Below are positions 10,793 through 22,113 of a DNA stretch of 39,485 bases, one piece after another; position 1 is the first letter of the stretch; each line of letters starts with the position of its first letter. This stretch comes from Octopus bimaculoides (taxonomy: Eukaryota). The position numbers and the translations under genes were made by a program. Under the pieces are notes generated by a model. That model was not told the origin of the DNA, did not search any database, and saw nothing but the letters and a program-made list of their open reading frames with translations. Location: the NCBI RefSeq assembly GCF_001194135.2, contig NC_068986.1, positions 28,188,743 to 28,228,227 of the forward strand, read 5' to 3'.

Positions 10793-11011
10793 CGAGGAGG
10801 TGCTGAAAGTTTCTTGGCTTTAAGGGTGTCTCGAAAGACCTGGTTGGAGGCCCAACCTTCTGAGTTCTTTTACAGGGCTTAGAAAAACTGAAGGGCTTCT
10901 GCGATAAGCGTGTGGATCTAAGAGGGGAATATGTTTAATAAAATCATAACTAATTGATCCTCCTGTATTTTCTTTTACCCAAAGCCAGGAACTTTTCAGC
11001 ACCCTCTCATG
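10793..11011 (+). mobile_element. Internally deleted mariner (DD34D) element retaining only the transposase C-terminus
   Basis: TA-flanked TIRs of about 30 bp: CGAGGAGGTGCTGAAAGTTCTTGGCTTT / AAAGCCAGGAACTTTTCAGCACCCTCTCATG. The interior translates, with one frameshift, as WLEAQPSEFFY-GLEKLKGFCDKRVDLRGEYV*, a typical mariner C-terminus. Confidence 0.8.
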
Positions 11012-11234
11012 TATGTGTGGCTTTTCGTTTTTTACATTTTAGCATTTATTAGTAAACCTGAGGGTGATGGAGGGAGAGGACGATTGCTTGTTGGAACAAA
11101 ATACCTTACGGTATTTACTGACGTCCTTTTTACATTTCAAGACAGGTTTAAGCGCGTCAGTCGCATAGACCACAGTGGGATCTGAACTCAGACCGTCGAT
11201 AGTCAGAATAAATACCGCTATGTATACTGTTCAA

Positions 11235-11420
11235 TGTGGATGCACGTGGCTTATTGGTTAGGGTGTCATGATCGTAAGATTATGGTTTCGATTCCTGGAC
11301 CGGGCGACGCGTTGTCCTTGAGCAAAACACTTCATTTTACGTTGCTCCAGTCCACTCAGCTGGCAAAAATGAGTAACGCTGCGATGGACATGCGCCATCG
11401 AAACCGGGAAACCGGGCCCA
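11235..11420 (+). mobile_element. tRNA-derived SINE (family C-related head and core)
   Basis: A-box-like TGGCTTATTGG, B-box-like GGTTTCGATTCC, and core TTGAGCAAAACACTTCATTT..TCCAGTCCACTCAGCTGGCAAAAATGAGTA shared (inverted) with 30143-30458. Confidence 0.7.
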
Positions 11421-11431
11421 TTTTGCGCATA

Positions 11432-11655
11432 TAAGGTGGCGAGTTGGTAAAATCGTTAGCACGCAGGACAAAATGCTTAGCGACGTTTCGTCCGTCTTTA
11501 CGTGCTGAGTTCAAATCCCGCCAAGGTCGACTTTGCTTTTTATCCTTTCAGGGTTGATTAAATAAAGTCCAGTTGAGTACTGAGGGTCGATACAATCGGT
11601 TGGACCCCTCCCCTCAAAAAGTACTGGCCCTTTTCTAAAATTTGAAACCGTTATT
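11432..11655 (+). mobile_element. SINE family A, full length
   Basis: TAAGGTGGCGAGTTGGTAAAATCGTTAGCACGC head and GAGTTCAAATCCC B box. Confidence 0.8.
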
Positions 11656-11667
11656 TTGTAAATATTA

Positions 11668-11905
11668 ATGCGGCGCGCTGGCAGAATCACTACCACGCCG
11701 GACAAAATGCTTAGCTATATTTCGTCCATCTTTACGTTGTGAGTTCAAATTCCGTTGAGGTCGACTTTGTCTTCCATTCTTTCGGGGCCGAAGAAATAAG
11801 TATCCGTTGAGCACTGGGGTTGATGAAATCAACTAGTCCCCTCCTCTAAAAAAAAAAAAAAAAAAAAAAAATCTTAGGCCTTGTGCCAATAATAGAAAGG
11901 ATTAT
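11668..11905 (+). mobile_element. SINE family A, full length, with an internal poly(A) expansion
   Basis: GCGGCGCGCTGGCAGAATC head, GAGTTCAAATTCC, A-run at about 11848-11871, tail GGCCTTGTGCC..AGAAAGGATTA. Confidence 0.8.
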
Positions 11906-12121
11906 TTTGTATATATTAAGAGCAGCTGCGTGGAGGATTTAAGAGGGAACGAGAATTAATGGTAGCAGTGAAACGGCAGACTCGCCATTGGGACTAAATA
12001 GAGTGAGTGGAATGGACGATTTAGTGATGGAAGTGGTAGCACCAGGGCAGAAATGCTAGAACTAAATGTCGGTATAGAGTAGAAGATTCGATTGAGTACT
12101 ATAACTGAATGTGTCGTGATA

Positions 12122-12342
12122 CAGTAATCCCTCACATATCGTGGTTCACTTATCGTGGTTTATTATTGAAGCTTACGTCGATTCCTCCGTGGTGTTGTTT
12201 TGCATTTATAATAAAATAAACATATACAAATTATAAACATAATAAAAAAAAATAGAGACTAAGTACTGCTTCTATTTCGCGGATTTTCACCTGTCGCGGA
12301 GGGTTTTGGAACGTAACACGCGCGATAATTGAGGGATTACTG
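12122..12342. mobile_element. Tc1/mariner-superfamily (Tigger/pogo-like) MITE, copy 1
   Basis: TA|CAGTAATCCCTC ... GAGGGATTACTG|TA. Homologous to 15978-16212. Confidence 0.85.
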
Positions 12343-13770
12343 TACGCAGAGTGGCCCAAAAGTAGGTTTACATTTATTCAACTATCTCTTTCGCATTCAT
12401 ATATTAACAGTTTAGATCTTAATTATATAAAAAAAAAAATATATTAAACCATTATTCTCTGCTAATTTAGTTAATTTTGTCAAGCTCCCCTTTCAGNNNN
12501 NNNNNNNNNNNNNNNNNNNNNNNNNNNNNNNNNNNNNNNNNNNNNNNNNNNNNNNNNNNNNNNNNNNNNNNNNNNNNNNNNNNNNNNNNNNNNNNNNNNN
12601 NNNNNNNNNNNNNNNNNNNNNNNNNNNNNNNNNNNNNNNNNNNNNNNNNNNNNNNNNNNNNNNNNNNNNNNNNNNNNNNNNNNNNNNNNNNNNNNNNNNN
12701 NNNNNNNNNNNNNNNNNNNNNNNNNNNNNNNNNNNNNNNNNNNNNNNNNNNNNNNNNNNNNNNNNNNNNNNNNNNNNNNNNNNNNNNNNNNNNNNNNNNN
12801 NNNNNNNNNNNNNNNNNNNNNNNNNNNNNNNNNNNNNNNNNNNNNNNNNNNNNNNNNNNNNNNNNNNNNNNNNNNNNNNNNNNNNNNNNNNNNNNNNNNN
12901 NNNNNNNNNNNNNNNNNNNNNNNNNNNNNNNNNNNNNNNNNNNNNNNNNNNNNNNNNNNNNNNNNNNNNNNNNNNNNNNNNNNNNNNNNNNNNNNNNNNN
13001 NNNNNNNNNNNNNNNNNNNNNNNNNNNNNNNNNNNNNNNNNNNNNNNNNNNNNNNNNNNNNNNNNNNNNNNNNNNNNNNNNNNNNNNNNNNNNNNNNNNN
13101 NNNNNNNNNNNNNNNNNNNNNNNNNNNNNNNNNNNNNNNNNNNNNNNNNNNNNNNNNNNNNNNNNNNNNNNNNNNNNNNNNNNNNNNNNNNNNNNNNNNN
13201 NNNNNNNNNNNNNNNNNNNNNNNNNNNNNNNNNNNNNNNNNNNNNNNNNNNNNNNNNNNNNNNNNNNNNNNNNNNNNNNNNNNNNNNNNNNNNNNNNNNN
13301 NNNNNNNNNNNNNNNNNNNNNNNNNNNNNNNNNNNNNNNNNNNNNNNNNNNNNNNNNNNNNNNNNNNNNNNNNNNNNNNNNNNNNNNNNNNNNNNNNNNN
13401 NNNNNNNNNNNNNNNNNNNNNNNNNNNNNNNNTGGTTCTTACTGGAAGTGTTATTTATTTATTTATTTATTATTTCATTGCTTTTCTGTTTTCGTTTGAT
13501 TTTCCTGTGATGGATGAAACTCTTTTGTCTGTCATTACATTCCCCTACACACAATTCTTTTTCTTTCTTTCTTTCTTTCTTTCTTCCTTTCTTTCTTTCT
13601 TTTTCTTTCATATTTGTAACATGTCTTCATTGTTTTGATTTTCTTTTATGCTTTATTTCGAATATAATTTTTTTCTATATTTCATGTCTTGTCTGTGTGT
13701 GTGTGCTTGTTTATTTGTGTGTGTATGTGCGGTGTTTGTGTGTATATGTGTACAGTGGTTTCGTGTGTGT

Positions 13771-13808
<38 letters not shown>

Positions 13809-14634
13809 ATGTGTGCGGTGTGTGTGTGTGTTTGCAGTTTGTTTTGATGCAATCTTCAAACAAGCGCTCCAGTTTGGAATCAGATAATATTTCAGACTCT
13901 AATTGATAATAAAAGTGAACTTTATTGAGGAATCAGACAGCAGCAGCAGCAGCAGTAGCAGTAGCAACAACAACAACAACAATGACAACACTACCAAGAT
14001 AGTAACAATAAGGAACCCCATCAATAACAACTATTGTAAAGGCATCAAAAATAAGTAAAAAGTTAAATTTAAAAAAAACACACACACAAAAACGCCCAAC
14101 AACACACAAACATAGAAAAGAAACAGAAAAAAATAATAAAGTAGTGAATTAAAAATAATATAATTATAAAAATAAACACATTGTATAATAGTAATTGGAA
14201 AACGAAAATAACAACGGCTATAATAATGTTCGATGTATGTTCCCCACCCTACATTGGTGAACCAAATGGTTTGACGACCTAACGAGCAAGAACAGACTCA
14301 GTGGGAGGCCTGAAGGGCAATGTCTCCCTCAAGAAAAGAAGTGCGCCCTTCTAAATAATGTTATTACGCTCTTTTCTCCTGGAATTTTGTATTCCCTTCT
14401 GAGCTTGTGCACTCCTTTCGAAAAATTCATGGGATCGCTCCTGAGGAGAGTCTCATTACTCGGTAGTCCGATCTGCTGCTAAATTGCCTTCGAAAGTACA
14501 TGCCACGATGGTAAAAGAAACAGAATTATGCTTTGATCAATGTTGTATTTACAGTACACCCGACCGTCACTGGCGAACGAGTATGGATTGCTAACAAATG
14601 TCATGCCTTCGCAAATTGCTTCAAGTATTTATGT

Positions 14635-15430
14635 AGACGTGAACAGACTGTGTGAATAAAGTTACTATTCTTTCTATGAACAGGAACGAATGACGGTCAT
14701 TGATGTTGGATCAATAAAACTCGAAACTAGTTATATCGATCTCAGGCCACAGAGAGAGAAATCCTTATGATCTAACTGTAGTGTTTACCTTCTATCAGTG
14801 ACTTTAAAATATCTGGTTCATACTTTAGTGAATTGTTTTAAGTGCCTATGTAGACGAGAGTTGTGGAGACGCAATGGCTCAGTGGTTAGGGCAGCGGACT
14901 CGCGGTCATAGAATCGCGGTTTCGGTCCCCAGATCGGGCATTGTGAGTGTTTATTGAGCGAAAACACCTAAAGCTCCACGAGGCTCCGGCAGGGGATGGT
15001 GGCGAACGCTGCTGTACTCTTCCCCCACAACTTTCTCTCACTCTTACTTCCTGTTTCTGTTGTGCCTGTATTTCAAAGGGTCAGCCTTGTCACACTGAAT
15101 ATCCCCGAGAACTACGTTAAGGGTACACGTGTCTGTGGAGTGCTGAGCCACTTGCACGTTAATTTCACGAGCAGGCTGTTCCGTTGATCGGATCAACTGG
15201 AACCCTCGACGTCGTGCCAACAACAACAACAACAACAGACGAGAGTAGATTGTGTGGATAAAAGCTACTATTGTTTTTATGAACATGAATGAGTAACAAT
15301 CACTGATATTGGATCAATAAAGCTCGAAACTAGTCATATCGCTCTCTGGCCACAGAGAGAAAAATCCCTAGAAAAAATTTAATTGTAGTGTTTACTTTCT
15401 ATCGGACTTTAATATATGTGGTTATGCAAA
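14635..15430. repeat. Diverged tandem duplication (about 200-bp unit), second unit interrupted by a SINE
   Basis: 14635-14820 aligns with 14852-14861 + 15247-15423 (GGATCAATAAA.CTCGAAACTAGT.ATATCG..CTC.GGCCACAGAGAGA). Confidence 0.75.
14862..15236 (+). mobile_element. tRNA-derived SINE family C, full length with (CAA)n tail
   Basis: A box TGGCTCAGTGG, B-box-like GGTTTCGGTCCC, (CAA)n tail, and exact 10-bp TSD AGACGAGAGT (14852-14861, 15237-15246). Confidence 0.85.
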
Positions 15431-15581
15431 ATACATGCTGTTAAGTTTACCTTATATTTCTTCTCACACATTGGTTGAAAATAGTTCTGGTGTAATCAAT
15501 TTATTCACGTTGTCATCGCTTGCATTGTTATGCAAATCAGGTACACCAACTTAGTTCTGTTCGAGGGTAACATAGATTAGT

Positions 15582-15800
15582 GTGTTTATTTCTTTATTGC
15601 CCACAAGGGGATAAACATAGAGGGGACAAACAAAGACAGACAAAAGGATTAAGCCGATTACATCGACCCCAGTGCGTAACTAGTACTTATTTGATTGACC
15701 CCGAAAGAATGGAAGGCAAAGTCGACCAGAACGTAACGGCAGACGAAACACCGTTGAGCATTTCACCCGGCGTGCTTACGATTCTGCCAGCTCTCCACCC
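15582..15800 (-). mobile_element. SINE family A, variant with CCCCTTGTGGGCAATAAAG tail
   Basis: Family A head and body, flanked by a 14-bp direct repeat TAACATAGATTAGT (15568-15581, 15801-15814). Confidence 0.85.
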
Positions 15801-15977
15801 TAACATAGATTAGTCTGTTACCCATTTGAAGAGACACGGGTAACCGATAATTAAGAGTCAAATAAAATTTGAAACCTGTTATGTAAATTATATTTTCTGT
15901 CCACTGACGGATAAACCGAGTTTCGTAACCCGGTGTCTACCTATTCGGAGTGAAGCTAAATGTGTGGTTATGAAATA

Positions 15978-16212
15978 CAGTAATACTTCGCCATATCGCG
16001 GTTCACCTATCGCGGTTCACCTAACGTGGTTTATTATTTAAGCTTACGTCAATTCCTCCATTGTGATGTTTTGCATTTATAATAAAATAAATATATGCAA
16101 ATTATAAAGATAATAATAAAAAAATACAGTATAGTTCTGTTTCTACTTCGCGGATTTTCACTTATCGCGGGGGTTTGGGAACGTAACACCCGTGATAGTC
16201 AAGAGATTACTG
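15978..16212. mobile_element. Tigger/pogo-like MITE, copy 2
   Basis: TA|CAGTAATACTTC ... AAGAGATTACTG|TA. Interior aligns with 12122-12342. Confidence 0.85.
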
Positions 16213-16307
16213 TACATGAGGCTCGTAAATAAAATCTAGAATCCTTCATGTACACACATACCTACATGCCCACATACGTGCACTTACGTATAGACAGATA
16301 TATAATT

Positions 16308-16682
16308 GACTGTGCCTGATTGTATGATTAAAAGCTCGGTTTGCAATTAATCGGTTTCGGGTTCAACCCACTCGGGCCGACCCAATGATTTACGAGTGAT
16401 TTTGGTAGACGGAAGCTGTGTAGAAGCCCGTCGTGTACCTATATGCGTGTGTACGTGCGTGTGTGTGTGTGTATTTGTGTTTGTGCCCTCGCTCCATCAC
16501 TTGAAAAGCTGTGTTGGTTTGTTTACGTCCCCGTAACTTAGTGGTTTCGGGAAAAGAGACTGATAGAAAAAGTACCAGACTTACAAAATAACTGCTGCGG
16601 GCCGATTTGTTTGACTAAACCTTTCAAGGTTGTGCCCCAGCATGGTCGCAGCCCAATGACTGAAACAAGCAAAAGATGGAAG
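16308..16682 (+). mobile_element. SINE family B, near full length, with internal (GT)n
   Basis: Degenerate tRNA head (GGGTTCAACCC), TTGGTAGACGGAAGCTGTGTAGAAGCCCGTCG, internal GT repeat, and 3' CCCCAGCATGGTCGCAG..GACTGAAACAAG. Confidence 0.75.
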
Positions 16683-16729
16683 ATACAAATGCACACATCT
16701 CAATCTCTCTGTATTTTTGTACACACACA

Positions 16730-16771
<42 letters not shown>

Positions 16772-16969
16772 CACACACATACACTCACTCACACGTACAC
16801 ACACATAGACACACACACGCACCACACGTACACACACATAGACACACACACGCACACAAATACACACGCACATACACACACACATGCACCAGCACACACT
16901 ATATAATTAATTATATACAATTATATAGTTGCATAAATATACTGTTAAAATATTCATATGAATATTCAC

Positions 16970-17010
<41 letters not shown>

Positions 17011-17363
17011 CACACACACACGTAGGTATATATACTCTTATCCATTCATATGTGCACATATAAATATACATGCATACACTCATACATACATGTAATTACG
17101 GTATAATTATAGTTAAAATTGACGTAGATAGGGAAAAGATAAAACGATGAAATAAGATTATCGGATAATTACAGGTGTAAGTAATAATACAAACAAAGTT
17201 ATAATTATGAATTGCATAATTTCACTAATTTGAAGAACTATATGAGATTTATTAAATTTACTAAAGGTTATTGACAGAAATAAGTAATTATCTGTATTTA
17301 CTTTTTGCTATCAATAAGTCAATACAGGTATTTAATTATCATCAATATAAACGTGGGTATATT

Positions 17364-17798
17364 CTTTTCTACTCTAGGCACAAGGCCAGAAATTTTGGGG
17401 GAGGGGCCAGTCGATTAGATCGATCCCAGTACGTGACTGGTACTTGATTTATCGAGCCCGTAAGGATGAAAGGCAAAGTCGACCTCGACGGAATTTGAGC
17501 TCAGAATGTAAAGCCAGACGAAATACCGCTCAGCATTTCGCCCGGTGTGCTAACGTTTCTTATCTCTTTATTGCCCACAAGGGGCTAAACACAGAGAAGA
17601 CAAACAAGGACAGACAAACGGATTAAGTCGATTATATCGACCCCAGTGCGTAACTAGTACTTATTTAATCGACCCCGAAAGGATGAAAGGCAAAGTCGAC
17701 CTCGACGGAATTTGAACTCAGAACGTAACGGCAGATGAAATACCGCTAAGCATGTCTTCCGGCGTGCTAACGATTCTGCCAGCTCACCACCTTAATAT
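17364..17798 (-). mobile_element. Dimeric SINE family A (two head-to-tail monomers)
   Basis: Monomers at 17561-17798 (GTGGGCAATAAAG tail) and 17364-17560 (headless, CTAGAGTAGAAAAG tail). A single 13-bp TSD ACGTGGGTATATT flanks the pair (17351-17363, 17799-17811). Confidence 0.85.
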
Positions 17799-17810
17799 AC
17801 GTGGGTATAT

Positions 17811-18037
17811 TAAGGTAGCGAGTTAGCAGAACTGTGACAGTGCCAAGCAAAATGTTTAGCGGCATTTCGTCCGTGTTTATGTTCTGGGTTTTGAGTTCAG
17901 ACTCCACCCGGATCTGCTTTACCTTCCATCCTTTCTGTGTCGATAAAATAAGCACCAATTGTGCACTAAGGATAAAGTAATCGACTTACCGCCACTCTGG
18001 AACCGCTGGCCTTGTGCCAAAATATGAAACGAATATT
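17811..18037 (+). mobile_element. SINE family A, older copy
   Basis: TAAGGTAGCGAGTTAGCAGAA head, GAGTTCAGACTCC, tail GGCCTTGTGCCAAAATATGAAACGAATATT. Confidence 0.75.
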
Positions 18038-18359
18038 ACATTAGGGATAGGCGACCAGCTGGTTGAATCGTTAACACGCCTGGCAAAATGCATATATATA
18101 TATATATATAAGACACGCACACACATATATATACTAGCTTCAAATTTTGGCACAATGCCAGTAATTTCCAGGAGTGGGTAAGTCGATTAATTCGACCCCA
18201 ATGCTCCAACTGATTTGCACATTACGAATATAATTTGTAAGTGGAACGATAAAGGTTTGCAAAACTTTTTTTTCACGTTTAAAATGTAACGTTGGTTTTA
18301 TTATCCAAATTCCTTCTGTGGAGCTTTGTATCTTTGTTGAATATCAATCCCTTGATAAT

Positions 18360-19145
18360 ATACACACACACATACATACATACATACATACATACATACA
18401 TACATACATACATTCATACATACATACATGCATTCATACATACATACATGCATTCATACATACATACATACATGCATACATGCATGCATACGTACATGCA
18501 TACATACATACATACATACACACATATACGCATACATGCATACATAGATACACAACTATTCACTCTCTCTCACTTTTTCCTCTCTCTCCCCCTCTTTCCC
18601 CTTCACAAACGCACACACTTTATGCACATGTGTTTATGCGCACACAAATACTCTTATACACGCCCTCATACACATGAGCGCACGCTCAAACACAGTTATA
18701 CGCACTCACACACACACAAACACTGTTTTACATACACACATACTCACAAACACACACTATTTTGCACATACACACTATTTCATAAACACACCCCACACTC
18801 ACACTATTTTACATGCACACACATACTCACAAGCACTATTTTACACACACACTCTTTTAAACGCGCACACACTCCCCTACACACTGTTTTAAATGCACAC
18901 ACACTCACAATTACATCCTATTTTACACATACACATTTTCTAACACACACATACACGCACTCACACACATACACACTGTGTTACATACACATACTCACAA
19001 ACACACTATTTTATACACATACTCTTTTACACGCACGCACACACACATTCACACACACACATTTTTTAACAAACACACACATACAAACATTATTATATAT
19101 ACGCATGCCATTGCTTTCTATACAAACACACATACACACACACAC
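18360..19145. repeat. (TACA)n followed by a degenerate (CA)n/TTTTA compound minisatellite
   Basis: Recurring CACACTATTTTACACACAC / ACTCACAAA units. Confidence 0.85.
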
Positions 19146-20460
19146 ATACTGACAAGGGCTGTTTTGCTAGTAATGAGAACTGTCTGTGTTATATCATTTA
19201 CTAGCAACAATGGGATGATTCCTGGCAGAAATATACGTGGAGAAGAAAAAGGATACAGAAACCAAAATAAATAAATAAATAAATAAATAAAAGAGACAGA
19301 AAAAGAAGGAAAAAAACATATATAAGATAAGAAAAAAATAAGCAAAATGGCGAAAGAAGAATTATACGAATTACACATTTCATATATATATATATANNNN
19401 NNNNNNNNNNNNNNNNNNNNNNNNNNNNNNNNNNNNNNNNNNNNNNNNNNNNNNNNNNNNNNNNNNNNNNNNNNNNNNNNNNNNNNNNNNNNNNNNNNNN
19501 NNNNNNNNNNNNNNNNNNNNNNNNNNNNNNNNNNNNNNNNNNNNNNNNNNNNNNNNNNNNNNNNNNNNNNNNNNNNNNNNNNNNNNNNNNNNNNNNNNNN
19601 NNNNNNNNNNNNNNNNNNNNNNNNNNNNNNNNNNNNNNNNNNNNNNNNNNNNNNNNNNNNNNNNNNNNNNNNNNNNNNNNNNNNNNNNNNNNNNNNNNNN
19701 NNNNNNNNNNNNNNNNNNNNNNNNNNNNNNNNNNNNNNNNNNNNNNNNNNATATATATATATATATATATACATACATACATGTGCGTATGTTTATATAT
19801 GAGTATATGTATGTAAGTATGTATGTATATATATGTATATATATATCATGTATAGAATTATGTTGGGTAAAAAAACGAATCAATAAGAAAAAAGAAAAAA
19901 TACTGAGAGAAAGAATAACAGAAAAAAAAATGGGAAGAATGGAAAAAGAATGATGGTACTTAACAAATCTGATAATACATAGTTGGCTAAACTATTGTTG
20001 TAAACATTGCAATGAAATCAGTTCTGACTCTGACCTGATTCTGGCATTTTTTCTTACTTAAATCCTGATTTGTGCCTCTCAATTCTTGATATTTACTTAT
20101 TTCTTACTTTCACTTCTGTATTCGACTATTCACTTAACGCTTAGAACTATCCGGAGTGGTGTTTCTAAATGATTTTCCCCTGTATTTCGTTCAGTTTATT
20201 AAATCATCATCCCTACGCTTCGCCTCTACGTATTTATGCTGAAAGAAATGTACTCTTGTATACAACATAAATTTTTGCATAACATTATTAATTAAACATT
20301 GGCATCCTGAACATTAACATTAAGGAATATGTATCTAGCGAAAGGTGGGAAGATGTTTCTAACATTGGTACTAAGCCCGAAATTTGTGAATCGAGGTTTG
20401 TCGATAGCATTGACTCTAGTTTGTGGCTAGCAATTGAGGAAGAAAAAAATAACAGGAAAA

Positions 20461-20680
20461 ATTATTCTTTAATTTTAGCACAAGGCCAAGAATTTTGAGA
20501 GGAGCGGAAAATCGATTATATAGACTCCAGTGCTCAATGCGTATTTATTTTATCGACCCTGGAGTAATAAAACACAAAATCGACCTCGGCATATTTTGAG
20601 CTAAGAGTATAAAGAGCCGAAGCAAAAGCTGCTAAGCATTTTGTCCGGTGTGGTAACGATTCTGGCCGCTCGTCGCCTTA
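20461..20680 (-). mobile_element. SINE family A, diverged
   Basis: Ends ..AACGATTCTGGCCGCTCGTCGCCTTA. A further 3' fragment lies at about 20350-20420. Confidence 0.75.
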
Positions 20681-20691
20681 AATAGGGAAAA

Positions 20692-20905
20692 TAATGGTTT
20701 CAAATTTTGGCACAGGGTTAGCAGTTTTTGAGGATGGAGCGAAGTCGATCACATCGATCCCAGTATTTGACTGGTACTTATTTTACCGACCCCGAAAGGA
20801 TGATAGGCAAAGTCGACCTCGGCGGAATTTGAACTCAGGATGTAAAGACGGACGAAATACCGTTAAGCATTTTGTCCAGCGTGCTAACGATTCTGCCAAC
20901 CTCGA
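20692..20905 (-). mobile_element. SINE family A
   Basis: GGCAAAGTCGACCTCGGCGGAATTTGAACTC..GCTAACGATTCTGCCAA. Confidence 0.85.
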
Positions 20906-21101
20906 ACTATTCCGTTTTTCTTGTCCCCATTGTCTTGCAACTGTTCAAAAGAAAATCTTAACCGCACTGCACCCTGTCTGCGATGGCTATGGGCACATGT
21001 TCTTAATCCAGGCGAAACTAATTTAAAAATTTCAAGACTCGTAGGGCGGAGGTCGAGTGTTCGAATCTCCCCGGAGGTTAATAATATTGTGAAACTTCTA
21101 T

Positions 21102-21300
21102 GGGTGCAGGATTTCTGATTAAGAAGCTCACTTTCCAACCGTACGGTTTTAGGTTCAGTTCTACTGCACGGCATCTTGGGTGAGTGTCTTCTACAATAGC
21201 TCATGGCTGACCAAAGCCTTGTAAATGAATTTGGTAGACGAAAACTGTGTAGAATGGAATCCATCGTGTATACATGTGTGCGTGTGCGTGGATGGGTGGC

Positions 21301-21345
<45 letters not shown>

Positions 21346-21412
21346 ATGTGTTGTGGTCTGCCACGCCACCTGACAACCGGTGTTGGTTTGTTAACATCCC
21401 CGTAAGTTACCA
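21102..21412 (+). mobile_element. SINE family B with internal (TG)n, 3'-truncated
   Basis: AGGTTCAGTTCTACTGC B-box-like motif, TTGGTAGACGAAAACTGTGTAGAA, (TG)n, TGACAACCGGTGTTGGTTTGTT. Confidence 0.75.
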
Positions 21413-21649
21413 CCACAAGACCAGATTTCTGGGCCAAACTGGGCCCGATGTTTTCATCAACAGGCTTTGTTGATGAAACAGGCTTTGCTAATGCTACTAT
21501 AGCAATAGTTCAAAACAAGGGTCCGTATGATCCTTGTGAATCCATATAAGATTTTATCGTTACAATTTATGAGCAATAAGTTGGTTATATTTCTATAATA
21601 CACAAAATATTTGAATATTGTTTTTCCTTTTTACATAATTCCCAGTAAT

Positions 21650-21878
21650 ATTAATTTCAAATTTTGGCACTAGGTCAGCAACTTCGTGAGATGAGCTACG
21701 TCGATAATATCATTCCAGGCGTTCAACTTACGCTCATTCCAAGCGTTCAACATTGACCTCGAAAGGAGGAAAGACAAAGTGGATCTCGGCATAATTTGAA
21801 CCCAGAACATGAAGACGGACGAAATGCCGCTATGTATTTCACTCGGCATGCTAACAGTTCTGTCAGCTCACTGCCTTA
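21650..21878 (-). mobile_element. SINE family A, diverged
   Basis: AATTTGAACCCAGAAC..GCTAACAGTTCTGTCAGCTCACTGCCTTA. Confidence 0.75.
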
Positions 21879-21902
21879 ATAAATCCTCAATAGCATTGAT
21901 AT

Positions 21903-22113
21903 AATATTTTGGCATAAGGACAGCGATTTCAGGGGAAGGAGTAAATCGATTAGATCGACCCCAGTATGCAACTGGCACTTAACTTATCCAGCCCGAATGG
22001 ATGAAAGGCAAAGTCGACCTCGACGGAATTTGAACTCAGAACACGAAGACAGACGAAATGCCGCATAAATACTTCACCCGGCGTGCTAACGATTCTGCCA
22101 GCTCGCCGCCTTA
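21903..22113 (-). mobile_element. SINE family A
   Basis: GCAAAGTCGACCTCGACGGAATTTGAACTCAG..CGATTCTGCCAGCTCGCCGCCTTA. Confidence 0.85.

Noticed and set aside
13935-13990. (CAG)n(CAA)n that could encode polyQ
   Set aside because: Not within a credible ORF or exon.
14862-14940. tRNA-like heads of SINEs as tRNA genes
   Set aside because: They continue into SINE bodies with tails and TSDs and cannot form a full cloverleaf.
21036-21078. tRNA-like T-arm GGAGGTCGAGTGTTCGAATCTCCCC
   Set aside because: No D-arm or acceptor stem; at most a SINE-head relic, not a tRNA gene.
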